From: an uncultured SAR86 cluster bacterium
GTDB taxonomy: Bacteria; Pseudomonadota; Gammaproteobacteria; Magnimaribacterales; AG-339-G14
Direction of reading: 5' to 3'
Assembly (NCBI GenBank): GCA_902526045.1
Contig: CABZJI010000001.1
Coordinates: 26,482-90,481, forward strand
Length of the DNA: 64,000 nucleotides
Part shown: positions 24,366 to 34,277 of the stretch, one piece after another
Numbering within the stretch: position 1 is the first letter of the stretch
Layout of the letters: the number at the start of each line of letters is the position of its first letter
Program-made: the position numbers and the translations under genes
The notes under the pieces: model-generated
The model's input: only the letters and a program-made list of their open reading frames with translations
Database searches by the model: none
Told to the model about the DNA's origin: nothing

Positions 24366-25742
24366 ATGGAATTTAAAGACTATAAGGTAGCAGATATAAA
24401 CTTAGCTGATTGGGGAAGAAAAGAAATCATTCTTGCTCAAGCTGAAATGCCGGCACTGATGAAATTAAGAGAAAGGTATGGTGAAGAAAAGCCTCTTAAA
24501 GGCGCAAAAATTATGGGATGCATTCATATGACAATTCAAACTGCTGTTTTAATTGAGACTCTTATTGAACTTGGAGCTGAAGTAAGATGGTCTTCTTGTA
24601 ACATTTTTTCGACTCAAGATCATGCAGCAGCCGCTATTGCTGCAGCTGGTATACCTGTGTTTGCCTGGAAAGGAATGAACGATGAAGAGTTTGACTGGTG
24701 TATAGAACAGACAATACTAGAAAATGAAAAACCGTGGGACGCAAATATGATTCTTGATGACGGTGGAGATCTGACTTCAATGGTTCACGAAAAATTTCCA
24801 GAAATGCTTGAAAGCATCCATGGGATCTCAGAAGAGACCACAACTGGCGTTCATCGATTAAATGAAATGGTCGAAAAAGGAGAGCTTAAAGTTCCAGCTA
24901 TTAATGTAAATGATTCAGTTACTAAATCAAAAAATGATAATAAGTATGGCTGCAGACATAGCCTTAATGATGCTATCAAAAGAGGAACTGACATGCTTCT
25001 TTCAGGTAGAAAAGCCTTGGTAATAGGTTACGGCGATGTGGGTAAAGGCTCTGCAATGAGCTTGAGGCAAGAAGGCATGGTCACAAGAGTTACTGAAATC
25101 GATCCAATTTGTGCAATGCAAGCTTGCATGGATGGTTACGAAGTGGTTTCGCCATATCTTAATGGTCAAAATAACAATAACGACGAATCAGTTAATAAAT
25201 CTTTGTTGCAAGATACAGATTTAATCGTTACAACTACAGGCAATGTAAATGTTTGTGATAAACACATTCTTAATAATCTCAAAAGCGGAAGTATAGTTTG
25301 TAACATCGGACACTTTGATAATGAAATTGATACAGCCTACATGAGGGATAAATGGACCTGGGAGGAGATAAAACCTCAGGTTCATAAAATTTATCGAGAC
25401 TCTAAAGATCCTTATAATTATTTAATCCTTCTATCAGAAGGAAGATTGGTTAATCTTGGAAATGCAACTGGTCATCCATCAAGAATTATGGACGGTTCAT
25501 TTGCTAATCAGGTGCTGGCTCAAAAATTCTTATATGAGCAAGGATTTGCTTCCATAAATGACGAAAGCGTAAAAGAAGACATGATCAATGTGCAAGTTCT
25601 GCCAAAAGAATTAGATGAAGAAGTAGCCAGTTATATGGTTGAAGGTTTTGGAGGTGTGATGACAAAGCTAACTAAAGATCAAGCTGAATATATCAAAGTT
25701 GATAAAGCGGGACCTTACAAACCTGAATATTACAAATACTAA
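24366..25742 (+). CDS. ahcY: Adenosylhomocysteinase
   Basis: [41 protein letters not shown]. Confidence 0.97.
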   Translation: MEFKDYKVADINLADWGRKEIILAQAEMPALMKLRERYGEEKPLKGAKIMGCIHMTIQTAVLIETLIELGAEVRWSSCNIFSTQDHAAAAIAAAGIPVFAWKGMNDEEFDWCIEQTILENEKPWDANMILDDGGDLTSMVHEKFPEMLESIHGISEETTTGVHRLNEMVEKGELKVPAINVNDSVTKSKNDNKYGCRHSLNDAIKRGTDMLLSGRKALVIGYGDVGKGSAMSLRQEGMVTRVTEIDPICAMQACMDGYEVVSPYLNGQNNNNDESVNKSLLQDTDLIVTTTGNVNVCDKHILNNLKSGSIVCNIGHFDNEIDTAYMRDKWTWEEIKPQVHKIYRDSKDPYNYLILLSEGRLVNLGNATGHPSRIMDGSFANQVLAQKFLYEQGFASINDESVKEDMINVQVLPKELDEEVASYMVEGFGGVMTKLTKDQAEYIKVDKAGPYKPEYYKY

Positions 25743-27127
25743 TGCCCAAAAAGAATACCAGTTGGGGAGGAAGATTTACTCAATCGGTATCTTCTATAGC
25801 TAGTAAATTTTCTAACTCTATTGATGTCGATTCTGTTCTTGCAGAAAAAGACATTATCGGCTCCCTAGCTTATGCAGAATCCTTACAAGAAGCAGGAATC
25901 ATAAATAAGTCAGAGCTTACCAAGATTAAGCGCGGCCTTAATCAAATAAAAAAAGAAATTGAAACTGGAAAATTTAAATGGAATCCTTCACTTGAAGATG
26001 TTCATATGAATATTGAGTCAGCCCTAGAGAAGAAAATCGGAGACTCTGCAAAAAAATTACACACCGGTAGATCAAGAAATGATCAGGTAGTCACAGATCT
26101 AAAGCTTTTTCTAAAAGATGAAACCAAAGCTATTAAGAAAAAAATTAAAGACCTACAAAAAAGCATTCTAAATAAAGCTCAAAAACATCATGCAGATCTC
26201 ATGCCGGGCTTTACTCATCTACAAATAGCCCAGCCAGTAACTATAGGCCATCATTTGCTTGCTTACTTTGAAATGTTGCAACGTGACTTTATTAGATTTG
26301 AAAATAATGAAACAGTCCTGGATCAAATGCCTTTAGGAGTCGGGGCATTAGCTGGCAATAGATTTGGCATAAATAGAACAAAACTTGCAAAGAAACTTGG
26401 CTTCGGTGAGATTACAAGAAATTCAATAGATACTGTAAGCGACAGAGACTTTGTTACCGACGTTTCCTACAGTTGCTCAATGCTTGCCGTTCACTTATCG
26501 AGAATGTCAGAAGAAATAATTTTATGGTCATCCTCACAATTTGATTATGTTCTACTACCTGAAGAGTTGTGTACTGGTTCATCAATTATGCCTCAAAAGA
26601 AAAATCCTGATATGGCAGAGCTTATAAGAGGAGGTAGTTCTCAAACTTTAGGCAACCTAGTTACAACTCTATCATTAATGAAAAACCAAAGCCTTTCATA
26701 CAACAGAGATAATCAACAGGATAAAGAGCCTTTATTTAAATCAATCAATTTCATCAAAGACTCCCTAGATATTATGTCTGAAATGGTAAAAGGTATGAGT
26801 TTTAACATGAAAAAAATGCTACAAGACCTGGATCTATCTGAGGTAGGAGCAACAGATTTTGCTGAATACTTAGTTTTAAAAGGTGTCCCTTTTAGAGAAG
26901 CCCATGAAATAACAGGCAAAACAGTCAGAGAAGCTGAAAGAAGAAATATTTTCATCAGAGAATTTAGTTTGAGTGAATTAAAAAAAATACATCCAAAGAT
27001 AGAAAAAGATATTTATAAATTTATTGATCCCATGAGAGCCATACACGCTAAGAATAGCCTCGGCGGGACATCGCCTAAAAAGGTCAAAGCAGCTATTAAT
27101 GCTGCTAAAAAGACTGTCTCAACATGA
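25742..27127 (+). CDS. argH: Argininosuccinate lyase
   Basis: WGGRF, LHTGRSRNDQV, GSSIMPQKKNPD. Confidence 0.97.
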   Translation: MPKKNTSWGGRFTQSVSSIASKFSNSIDVDSVLAEKDIIGSLAYAESLQEAGIINKSELTKIKRGLNQIKKEIETGKFKWNPSLEDVHMNIESALEKKIGDSAKKLHTGRSRNDQVVTDLKLFLKDETKAIKKKIKDLQKSILNKAQKHHADLMPGFTHLQIAQPVTIGHHLLAYFEMLQRDFIRFENNETVLDQMPLGVGALAGNRFGINRTKLAKKLGFGEITRNSIDTVSDRDFVTDVSYSCSMLAVHLSRMSEEIILWSSSQFDYVLLPEELCTGSSIMPQKKNPDMAELIRGGSSQTLGNLVTTLSLMKNQSLSYNRDNQQDKEPLFKSINFIKDSLDIMSEMVKGMSFNMKKMLQDLDLSEVGATDFAEYLVLKGVPFREAHEITGKTVREAERRNIFIREFSLSELKKIHPKIEKDIYKFIDPMRAIHAKNSLGGTSPKKVKAAINAAKKTVST

Positions 27128-27255
27128 GAATATTAAGCGAAACACTGCTCATTTTTAGTCTTATCTTAGGTTCCTGTGGAATCAAAGGTCCGTTATACTT
27201 GCCCACCGAAGAACCCTCGGGACAAGAGATAGATAAGATTCATGAGACCAAATAG
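27124..27255 (+). CDS. lptM: LptM/YifL (LppL) small lipoprotein, 43 aa, absent from ORF track
   Basis: Hand translation MRILSETLLIFSLILGSCGIKGPLYLPTEE..; CGxKGPLYxP signature; upstream of lysA-dapF. Confidence 0.88.
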   Translation: MRILSETLLIFSLILGSCGIKGPLYLPTEEPSGQEIDKIHETK

Positions 27256-28468
27256 CATCAAAAGTATAGATAATAACCTTTTTATAGAGGATGTTTCTTT
27301 ATTGGATATCGCTAAAAAATATCCAACTCCTTTTTATATTTACTCAAAAGAAATGATCCTTGCTTCTATTGATTCCTATAAGAAAAATATTCGAGAAGGA
27401 GATCTAGTCTGTTATTCAGTAAAAGCAAATTCAAACCTAGCTATATTGAAAATAATGGTAGAAAAAGGAATGGGATTTGATGTTGTTTCTGGTGGAGAAT
27501 TATTTAAGGTTTTGAAGATTGGTGCTGATCCACAAAAAATTATTTATTCTGGGGTTGGTAAAACAAAGCCTGAATTAGAGTTTGCTGTTGATAACGATAT
27601 CAAAAGCATAAATATCGAATCTCTTTTTGAATTAGACTTGTTAAATCAGATTGGTAAAGAAAAAAATAAAGTTATCAATATTGGCATCAGAGTCAATCCA
27701 GATATAGATGCTAACTCGCATCCCTATATTGAAACTGGTAAAGCCGACTGCAAATTTGGATTATCTACCGATGTTGCGATGAGGATTGCAAAGGAAAGAT
27801 ATGATTGTATTTCAATATCAGGCATCTCTTCTCACATAGGATCACAAATAACAGACGATGAACTCTTCGGTACATTATTCAATGACTTGAAAGATCTTTC
27901 TGAATTTTTTATATCTAATGGACATCCAATAAATCACATTGATGTTGGCGGAGGCCTTGCCATTGACTATGACTTCAAAGAAAGTTTCTATCCTGAATTA
28001 ATGACTAGAAAAGTTATTGATTTAGCTAGAGATGTTCCCATTTTTTTTGAACCTGGAAGATCTCTAATTGGACAAGCTGGTTCACTGGTAACGGAAGTTT
28101 TAGGTATAAAAATCAATGGTAAAAATAGATTTTTAATTGTTGATGCGGGTATGAATGATTTAATTAGACCGGCCTTATATAGAGCAAATCATAAAATAGA
28201 GGCTATTTCAGCTTCAGATGAAAATTCAAAAAAGTATTATGTTGCAGGTCCGGTATGTGAAACAGCGGATAGCTTTGGTGAATTTTCAATTTCTGCTAAA
28301 GAACATGATCATTTGATTATTTATTCTGTTGGGGCCTACGGTTATTCAATGGCTTCAAACTATAATTCCCGTCTACGTGCTGCAGAATATTTAGTAGATG
28401 GCAGCAAGATAACTGAAATACGAAAAGCAGAATCCTATGAGGATTTGATTAAGCTTGAGCAATATTAA
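27242..28468 (+). CDS. lysA: Diaminopimelate decarboxylase
   Basis: YSVKANSN, GFDVVSGGEL, HIGSQ, EPGR, GPVCE, YNSR. Confidence 0.96.
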   Translation: MRPNSIKSIDNNLFIEDVSLLDIAKKYPTPFYIYSKEMILASIDSYKKNIREGDLVCYSVKANSNLAILKIMVEKGMGFDVVSGGELFKVLKIGADPQKIIYSGVGKTKPELEFAVDNDIKSINIESLFELDLLNQIGKEKNKVINIGIRVNPDIDANSHPYIETGKADCKFGLSTDVAMRIAKERYDCISISGISSHIGSQITDDELFGTLFNDLKDLSEFFISNGHPINHIDVGGGLAIDYDFKESFYPELMTRKVIDLARDVPIFFEPGRSLIGQAGSLVTEVLGIKINGKNRFLIVDAGMNDLIRPALYRANHKIEAISASDENSKKYYVAGPVCETADSFGEFSISAKEHDHLIIYSVGAYGYSMASNYNSRLRAAEYLVDGSKITEIRKAESYEDLIKLEQY

Positions 28469-29277
28469 TGTCTGAAAACTTAACTCACATGTCTGCTCTA
28501 GGTAATGACTTCATTGTGATAGATGCCATTTCTCATCAATGCGATGTATCCAAAACTATAAAAAATAAGCTAGAGATTCTAAAAAAGGATATGCCTTTTG
28601 ATCAAATTCTTTGCCTCTTGCCACCTAGAGACATTCACTGTGATGTATATCTTGAAATATATAACGAGGATGGATCACAATCTGAGAATTGCGTAAATGG
28701 ACTCAGATGCATAGGTAGATACATGCATGATCACAATCTTGCTTTTAATGAAGAGATTTGGGTGCAGTTAGTTAATCAAATTACAAAAGTCAAAAAGATA
28801 GATGAAGAAAATTATGAAGTCATTTTAGAACAGTTCAGTTTAGATCCAGGGGATATTGGTCTGAAGAAAATCAAAAGTGATTCTTACTCTTTCATACATG
28901 ATCAAGAACAAATTAACTTCTATTCTGTATCTGTTGGAAATCCCCATGCAATTGTCTTTGCTAAAGAGATTTCTACTATAAAGCTGGATGCTTTAGCTCA
29001 GTCTTTGAAAGAGGAAAAATGTTTTATAAATGGTTTTAATCTCAATCTTGCAGAAATATCTCATAATAATTCCATAAAGCTGAGAGTTTATGAGAGAGGC
29101 GTTGGGGAAACCGAAGCATGCGGAAGCGGAGCTTGTGCAACGGCACTTGCAGCGACTCTTTTTAAAGAAATGCAGCATGACATTGAAATAATATTTAAAA
29201 AAGGCATATTAAATCTGAAAATAGACCTGGATAGTAATAAAATACATTTAAGAGGAACTACCAGCTATCTAAACTAA
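28468..29277 (+). CDS. dapF: Diaminopimelate epimerase
   Basis: ALGNDF, SENCVNG, VGNPH, ERGVGETEACGSGA. Confidence 0.93.
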   Translation: MSENLTHMSALGNDFIVIDAISHQCDVSKTIKNKLEILKKDMPFDQILCLLPPRDIHCDVYLEIYNEDGSQSENCVNGLRCIGRYMHDHNLAFNEEIWVQLVNQITKVKKIDEENYEVILEQFSLDPGDIGLKKIKSDSYSFIHDQEQINFYSVSVGNPHAIVFAKEISTIKLDALAQSLKEEKCFINGFNLNLAEISHNNSIKLRVYERGVGETEACGSGACATALAATLFKEMQHDIEIIFKKGILNLKIDLDSNKIHLRGTTSYLN

Positions 29278-29282
29278 TTTAC

Positions 29283-29978
29283 ATGTCAAACTCGTCAAAG
29301 ATTCCTTCTGAAGATGTTGTCAAATATCTTAAAGAAAATCCTGACTTCTTTAATTTAAACCCTGAGTCTTTGAACCAAATCAATCTTAAACATGAATCTG
29401 GAGATGCAATTTCTTTAATAGAAAAGCAAATTATTGAATTAAGAAGATCTTCAGATCAAGCTAATCAACATTTAATCCAGATTCTTGAAAATGCAAAAAG
29501 AAACGAAAAATTATTTCTGCTTTCAAGAGAAATCATTCTTGGTTTGTTGGCTAGCTCTACAATAGACGATACGATAAATGAACTGGAATCATATTTTATT
29601 AACTCATTTAATACCGATGCTTGTAAGGTGTTATTTTTTAGCGAAGATGAAAAAAGATTCGGAAAAGATAGAGTCATTGGCCCTGATCTTGCAACTGACC
29701 TCTTACGTGATCAATTTAAGGATAAAGATATTATTCAAGGCGGCATAAGTCCTGAGATGAGTAACTTTGTTTTTGGCTCTAAAGCAAAAATATTAGAAGC
29801 TGCAATATGCAAATTGGAATGCTCCACAGTAACTGGGATATTTGCGATCGGCAGTCAAACCTTAGGAAGATACTCAAGCGAAAAGGATAATCTATTTCTC
29901 CTTTTCATCGTTTCAGCTTTGAGTAAATTTATCGATAGAATTATTCTCAGCGAGTCATATGCAAAAGGAAATAAATAA
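29283..29978 (+). CDS. DUF484 (YigA-like) protein
   Basis: YLKENPDFF, AISLIEKQ; conserved position between dapF and xerC. Confidence 0.85.
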   Translation: MSNSSKIPSEDVVKYLKENPDFFNLNPESLNQINLKHESGDAISLIEKQIIELRRSSDQANQHLIQILENAKRNEKLFLLSREIILGLLASSTIDDTINELESYFINSFNTDACKVLFFSEDEKRFGKDRVIGPDLATDLLRDQFKDKDIIQGGISPEMSNFVFGSKAKILEAAICKLECSTVTGIFAIGSQTLGRYSSEKDNLFLLFIVSALSKFIDRIILSESYAKGNK

Positions 29979-30846
29979 GTTTCTTGATTACCTGCTAAAA
30001 GTGAGAAATTTTTCTGTCCACACGGTGAAAAACTACAAGAAAGACCTAGAAAAATATAGTGCTTTCTACGAAGCTAAAAAATTCACAGATCTAGCTGCTG
30101 TAAGCCAATCTGACATTAGGGATTTCGTTGGTATCGAAAGAAGGCGTGGGCTCAGTCCAAGAAGCATTGCTAGGTTAATTTCCTGCTTAAAAAGTTTTTA
30201 TCGGTACCTCAACTTGGAAAGAATTGTAATGAAAAATCCTATTTTGGGGATAAGTGCGCCAAAATCTGCCAACCTATTACCTAAAGCCATTGATGCTGAT
30301 TTAATCAATCAACTGCTAGATTTTCATCCGAAAGAATGGATCGACTATCGAGATAAGGCTATGGCGGAATTAATCTATTCCTCCGGATTAAGACTTTCTG
30401 AATTATGCAGTTTAAATATTTCTGATTTGTCTTTGAAAGATCAGAGTTGCAGAGTTATTGGTAAGGGAAACAAAATGAGAGACCTGCCCATTGGAGGCAA
30501 GGCATTAAAAGCATTAGAGTCCTGGATGTCGAAAAGATCTAAAATGCAGATAAACGAACCTGATGCTTTATTCATCAATAAAATGGGAAATAGATTGGGA
30601 GCAAGAACTGTGCAAGAAAGATTAAAAAAATTGAGCGTTAAACAAGGAGTCCCTTATTTACATCCGCACATGTTAAGACATTCCTTTGCTTCCCATGTGT
30701 TGGAATCTAGCGGTGATCTGAGGGCAGTTCAAGAGCTACTTGGTCATGCTAATTTATCGACTACACAGATATACACAAAGCTGGATTTCCAGCATCTTGC
30801 TAAGGTTTATGATAAAGCTCATCCACATGCTAAAAAAAGAACATGA
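29959..30846 (+). CDS. xerC: Tyrosine recombinase XerC
   Basis: YSSGLRLSEL, GKGNK, HPHMLRHSFASH, LGHANLSTTQIYT; dapF-yigA-xerC-yigB synteny. Confidence 0.95.
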   Translation: MQKEINKFLDYLLKVRNFSVHTVKNYKKDLEKYSAFYEAKKFTDLAAVSQSDIRDFVGIERRRGLSPRSIARLISCLKSFYRYLNLERIVMKNPILGISAPKSANLLPKAIDADLINQLLDFHPKEWIDYRDKAMAELIYSSGLRLSELCSLNISDLSLKDQSCRVIGKGNKMRDLPIGGKALKALESWMSKRSKMQINEPDALFINKMGNRLGARTVQERLKKLSVKQGVPYLHPHMLRHSFASHVLESSGDLRAVQELLGHANLSTTQIYTKLDFQHLAKVYDKAHPHAKKRT

Positions 30847-31541
30847 CCATTAAAGTAGTTACATTTGATCTAGATGATACTCTCTGGCCTTTGAGAGAGA
30901 CCATATTGGCTGCTCACAAAAGTGCTAATGATTTTCTAGCCTCTCAAGTTCCTAGCGTTAAAGAAATATTATCATCTAATAAGGAAAGAGAAGTATGGGG
31001 ACAATTAATTGAAAAAGATCCAACAATGCGTCACAGACTGAGCGAACTTCGTTTTAATGTCTTTAAAAACATTCTTCAAAGCCAGGGTAAAACTGAAGAA
31101 CAGGCGAAAAAACTTTCAGCTGAAGCTTTACATATATTTATGAATGAAAGACACCAATTAACTTTTTTTGATGGTGTTGAAGAAGTTCTTGCTCAACTTA
31201 AAGAAAAGTATACTTTGGGCGTTCTAACCAATGGCAATGCAAACATTAAGAGGCTAGGAATTGATCACTATTTTAGTTTTAGCTTCAGCGCAGAAGAGTT
31301 AAACGACAGTAAGCCGTCAGCTACGCACTTTAAAAAAGCTATGGAACAAACTTCAGAAAAGGCGGCCTCAATTTGTCATATTGGTGATCACACTGAATGC
31401 GATGTTGAAGGCGCTTTAAACGCCGGCTGCAAAGCAATTTGGTACAACGAACTTAATAACGTATGGCCAGATTCTAACGGTTGTCCCGTTCAGGAAGTTA
31501 AAAGTTGGTACGACATGGAGGAGGCAATATCACGATGCTAG
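30843..31541 (+). CDS. HAD hydrolase (YigB-like)
   Basis: TFDLDDTLW, LTNGN, KP, HIGD motifs. Confidence 0.88.
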   Translation: MTIKVVTFDLDDTLWPLRETILAAHKSANDFLASQVPSVKEILSSNKEREVWGQLIEKDPTMRHRLSELRFNVFKNILQSQGKTEEQAKKLSAEALHIFMNERHQLTFFDGVEEVLAQLKEKYTLGVLTNGNANIKRLGIDHYFSFSFSAEELNDSKPSATHFKKAMEQTSEKAASICHIGDHTECDVEGALNAGCKAIWYNELNNVWPDSNGCPVQEVKSWYDMEEAISRC

Positions 31542-31891
31542 TCAAGCGAATCTAGCATATGTTTGACAACTGCTCTTAATTCTTCATCAGTGCAGTCAGC
31601 ACACAGACCCATTGCTGGCATTGCATTCAAGCCGTATTTTACGTTGTAAGTTAATGTATCAATTCCTTTGTCAACTCTTTGACCCCAAGAGTAAGTATTT
31701 GCATAAATTGGGGCTCCAGCCATCCCTCTATCATGACAAAACGCGCATGCTTGAGTATAAATTTCTTGGATTGTTCTTAATTCACTCGTTTTGGAAACAG
31801 AGGATTGATTTACTTCAGAACAAGAAATGAAAGATAAAAATGTTATTAATCTTATAAATTTATAAAGCTTATAGTCTCGAAAGATAACCAT
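31538..31891 (-). CDS. Cytochrome c5 heme domain, possible lipoprotein
   Basis: CAFCH heme site, GAP, NAMPAMGLCADCTDEEL C-terminus; FISC possible lipobox; start uncertain. Confidence 0.85.
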   Translation of the reverse strand: MVIFRDYKLYKFIRLITFLSFISCSEVNQSSVSKTSELRTIQEIYTQACAFCHDRGMAGAPIYANTYSWGQRVDKGIDTLTYNVKYGLNAMPAMGLCADCTDEELRAVVKHMLDSLD

Positions 31892-32480
31892 CTAAACGAT
31901 CATTATTCATGATGAAGGTTGATTTTAAGTCACTCGCAGCAGACTTGATTTCATTAATGTTAGTGGCTTCTCCAACTTGAATTACCCCGATCATAGCCAT
32001 CATTGCATGCGGTGTGCAGTTGTAGACATAAACACCTTCTTTATCTAACGTAATGCTTATCTCTTGATTTATTTCTCCAATCCATGCTTCAGCTCCAGCA
32101 GGTATCATTCCCGGGAGACTAGCTGAGTTATGAAGTTGATCTGTTAAAATAAAATTGATCGTATCGCCAACAGAGACTTTTATTACGCCTGGTTCAAACA
32201 CCATGGTGCCATCTGCTCCTTCGTTTTTCATTTCAATGGTGTGCACATTACCTTCAGAAAGTTGGACTTTATTAGCTTCATCTTCATTTGATGCAGAAGA
32301 CATAGAACCAGAGTTAATTGCTACTTTGTAGCCTGGACCTGCTGTTCTAATGCCGCAACCATCGCCTTCCATACATACTTGACCTAAAGGCATGATTCTT
32401 TTTTCAATAGATTCTGGTCTCATATCCTGAGCAGAAGTTGCGTAAGATATTACAAAAACTAATAAAATAAATTTTTTCAT
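31869..32480 (-). CDS. Pseudoazurin-type cupredoxin with cytochrome c5-like N-terminal extension
   Basis: MVFEPGVIKVSVGDTINF, HNS, CTPHAMMAM type-1 Cu ligands; signal peptide; start reset to MKKFILL at 32480. Confidence 0.88.
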   Translation of the reverse strand: MKKFILLVFVISYATSAQDMRPESIEKRIMPLGQVCMEGDGCGIRTAGPGYKVAINSGSMSSASNEDEANKVQLSEGNVHTIEMKNEGADGTMVFEPGVIKVSVGDTINFILTDQLHNSASLPGMIPAGAEAWIGEINQEISITLDKEGVYVYNCTPHAMMAMIGVIQVGEATNINEIKSAASDLKSTFIMNNDRLDGYLSRL

Positions 32481-32562
32481 GAGGCGATTATAGATCATTG
32501 AAAGTCTAATATCGTTGAGGGTTGAAAAAATTTTATATCTAGAACCTGATGTTATGAAAAAA

Positions 32563-32638
32563 GGGCTAGTAGTTCAGTGGATAGAACGTCTGCCTCCGGA
32601 GCAGAAGGTCGCAGGTTTGAATCCTGCCTAGCCCACCA
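32563..32638 (+). tRNA. tRNA-Arg(CCG)
   Basis: GGGCTAG/CTAGCCC acceptor stem, TCTGC-CTCCGGA-GCAGA anticodon arm, GCAGG-TTTGAAT-CCTGC T arm, encoded CCA; 76 nt. Confidence 0.96.
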
Positions 32639-33929
32639 AATTATTTGATAGCTCTTGTTCTTGAGGCGCTAGATCCACACCATCCTGCTCAAGAAATTGA
32701 TTGAGCTCAAAATTACCGATAACCACATCAAATACCCAGCTATCATCAACAACTGCTTCATTTTTTATGTAACCTTGTTGATATAAAGATGCCCGGACGC
32801 CACCAAGCTTCTGTCTAACTGTGAGTCTGCCTGAGTAGATACCCTTACTTAGATGATTAGTAATCTTTTCTTTTAAACGACTCAGGCCTATTCCTTCTGA
32901 TGCAGATATCGAAACTTGATTTATGTCCTCAGATATTCCAATGGTGTTAGCTTCATCTACCTGATCGATTTTATTGTTTACTATAATTTGAGGAATATTA
33001 TCAGCATTTATTTCCCGCAAGATTTTATTAACTTCTCTTAATTTAAAATTACAATCAATATCGCTAACATCAGATACATGAAGCACAAGATCGGCCTCTC
33101 TAAGATCCTCTAGGGTTGCCTTAAATGATTCGATCAAAGCAGTAGGCAAGTTGGAAATAAAGCCAACAGTATCGATAAACAGAATCGACCCTGAACCTGG
33201 ACTTAAATTCTTCCTAGTAACAGTATCCAAGGTCGCAAACAACTGATCTGCCACATATTGATCAGACCCAGTTAACTTATTAAATAAAGTCGTTTTTCCA
33301 GCGTTGGTATATCCAACCAAAGCCAATACGTGGTTATTTCCTTTCCTTCGTGCATATCGATTTAATTTTTTTTGTCGATGACTCTTTTTTAAACGTTTTT
33401 TAATGGATTTAATCCTGTTTGCAATCAGCCTTCTATCGGTTTCTAATTGCTTTTCCCCAGGACCTCTTAAACCAATTCCTCCTTTTTGTCTTTCTAAGTG
33501 ACTCCACCCTCTCACAAGCCTAGTTGATAAGTGGTTTAATTGGGCTAGTTCAACTTGCATCTTGCCGATGTGACTGGTCGCTCTAGAGGCGAAAATATCT
33601 AAAATCAACCCAGTTCTATCTAAAACCCTTGTTTGAAGTTCTCTCTCTAGATTCCTTTCTTGGGATGGTGATAAATCATGATTAAAAATTACTAGATCAG
33701 CTTTATATTTTTTTGAGGCCTTACATATTTCATCAACTTTCCCTTTACCTAGAAAATACTTTGCAGAAAGACTGTTTTGCTGACCTTGATATTCCAAAAG
33801 AATATTGGCTCCTGTTGATCTTACAAGGTCTTTAAATTCAAGAAAGGGATCAATAGGATTTGATAAGTCGGTGACCTTTTTTAAATCAGATTGAACGATA
33901 ATGACATTAGAAAGAAATGTATTTTTCAT
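32628..33929 (-). CDS. hflX: Ribosome-splitting GTPase HflX
   Basis: LSPSQERNLE, GIGLRGPGEKQLETDRR, VGYTNAGKTTL, DQLFATLD, DTVGF, NKID. Confidence 0.96.
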   Translation of the reverse strand: MKNTFLSNVIIVQSDLKKVTDLSNPIDPFLEFKDLVRSTGANILLEYQGQQNSLSAKYFLGKGKVDEICKASKKYKADLVIFNHDLSPSQERNLERELQTRVLDRTGLILDIFASRATSHIGKMQVELAQLNHLSTRLVRGWSHLERQKGGIGLRGPGEKQLETDRRLIANRIKSIKKRLKKSHRQKKLNRYARRKGNNHVLALVGYTNAGKTTLFNKLTGSDQYVADQLFATLDTVTRKNLSPGSGSILFIDTVGFISNLPTALIESFKATLEDLREADLVLHVSDVSDIDCNFKLREVNKILREINADNIPQIIVNNKIDQVDEANTIGISEDINQVSISASEGIGLSRLKEKITNHLSKGIYSGRLTVRQKLGGVRASLYQQGYIKNEAVVDDSWVFDVVIGNFELNQFLEQDGVDLAPQEQELSNNLVG

Positions 33930-34010
33930 AAAAAAACAATCTTATCAGTCTTTTCTGCTTTACAATTAGTTTTGTTAACATTAATAAACCTAAATAAAGA
34001 AGGAGTTTGA

Positions 34011-34277
34011 ATGAGGTTTCTTTTCATAATTTTAATCAGTTTTGCCTTTTTTTCTTGCGCTAATAACATAACTACTTTGGCAAATATGGATAAAGATTTA
34101 AAGAGTTCAGCAAATGACAAGGAAGTAAAATGCGTTTACGAGAGAGCGACCGGGAGTTACATAAAAAAGAGGGTCTGTTACGACAATCAACTTGAGATAT
34201 CTCGTTATTTAGAAACTCAATCAGCCATAAGACAAATGGATATCTTCCCCATGCACTTAGAGCCTTTTTACCGATGA
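34011..34277 (+). CDS. Small hypothetical lipoprotein (C-x5-TGS-x-IKKRVC)
   Basis: FFSC lipobox-like; paralog of next gene. Confidence 0.75.
   Translation: MRFLFIILISFAFFSCANNITTLANMDKDLKSSANDKEVKCVYERATGSYIKKRVCYDNQLEISRYLETQSAIRQMDIFPMHLEPFYR

Noticed and set aside
29959-30846. Tyrosine recombinase as a mobile-element integrase
   Set aside because: Canonical chromosomal dapF-yigA-xerC-yigB context
32563-32638. tRNA as an island attachment site
   Set aside because: No duplicate of the tRNA 3' end and no integrase seen in the window
33926-34120. 64-aa ORF upstream of hflX as Hfq
   Set aside because: No Sm motifs; antisense to the lipoprotein gene
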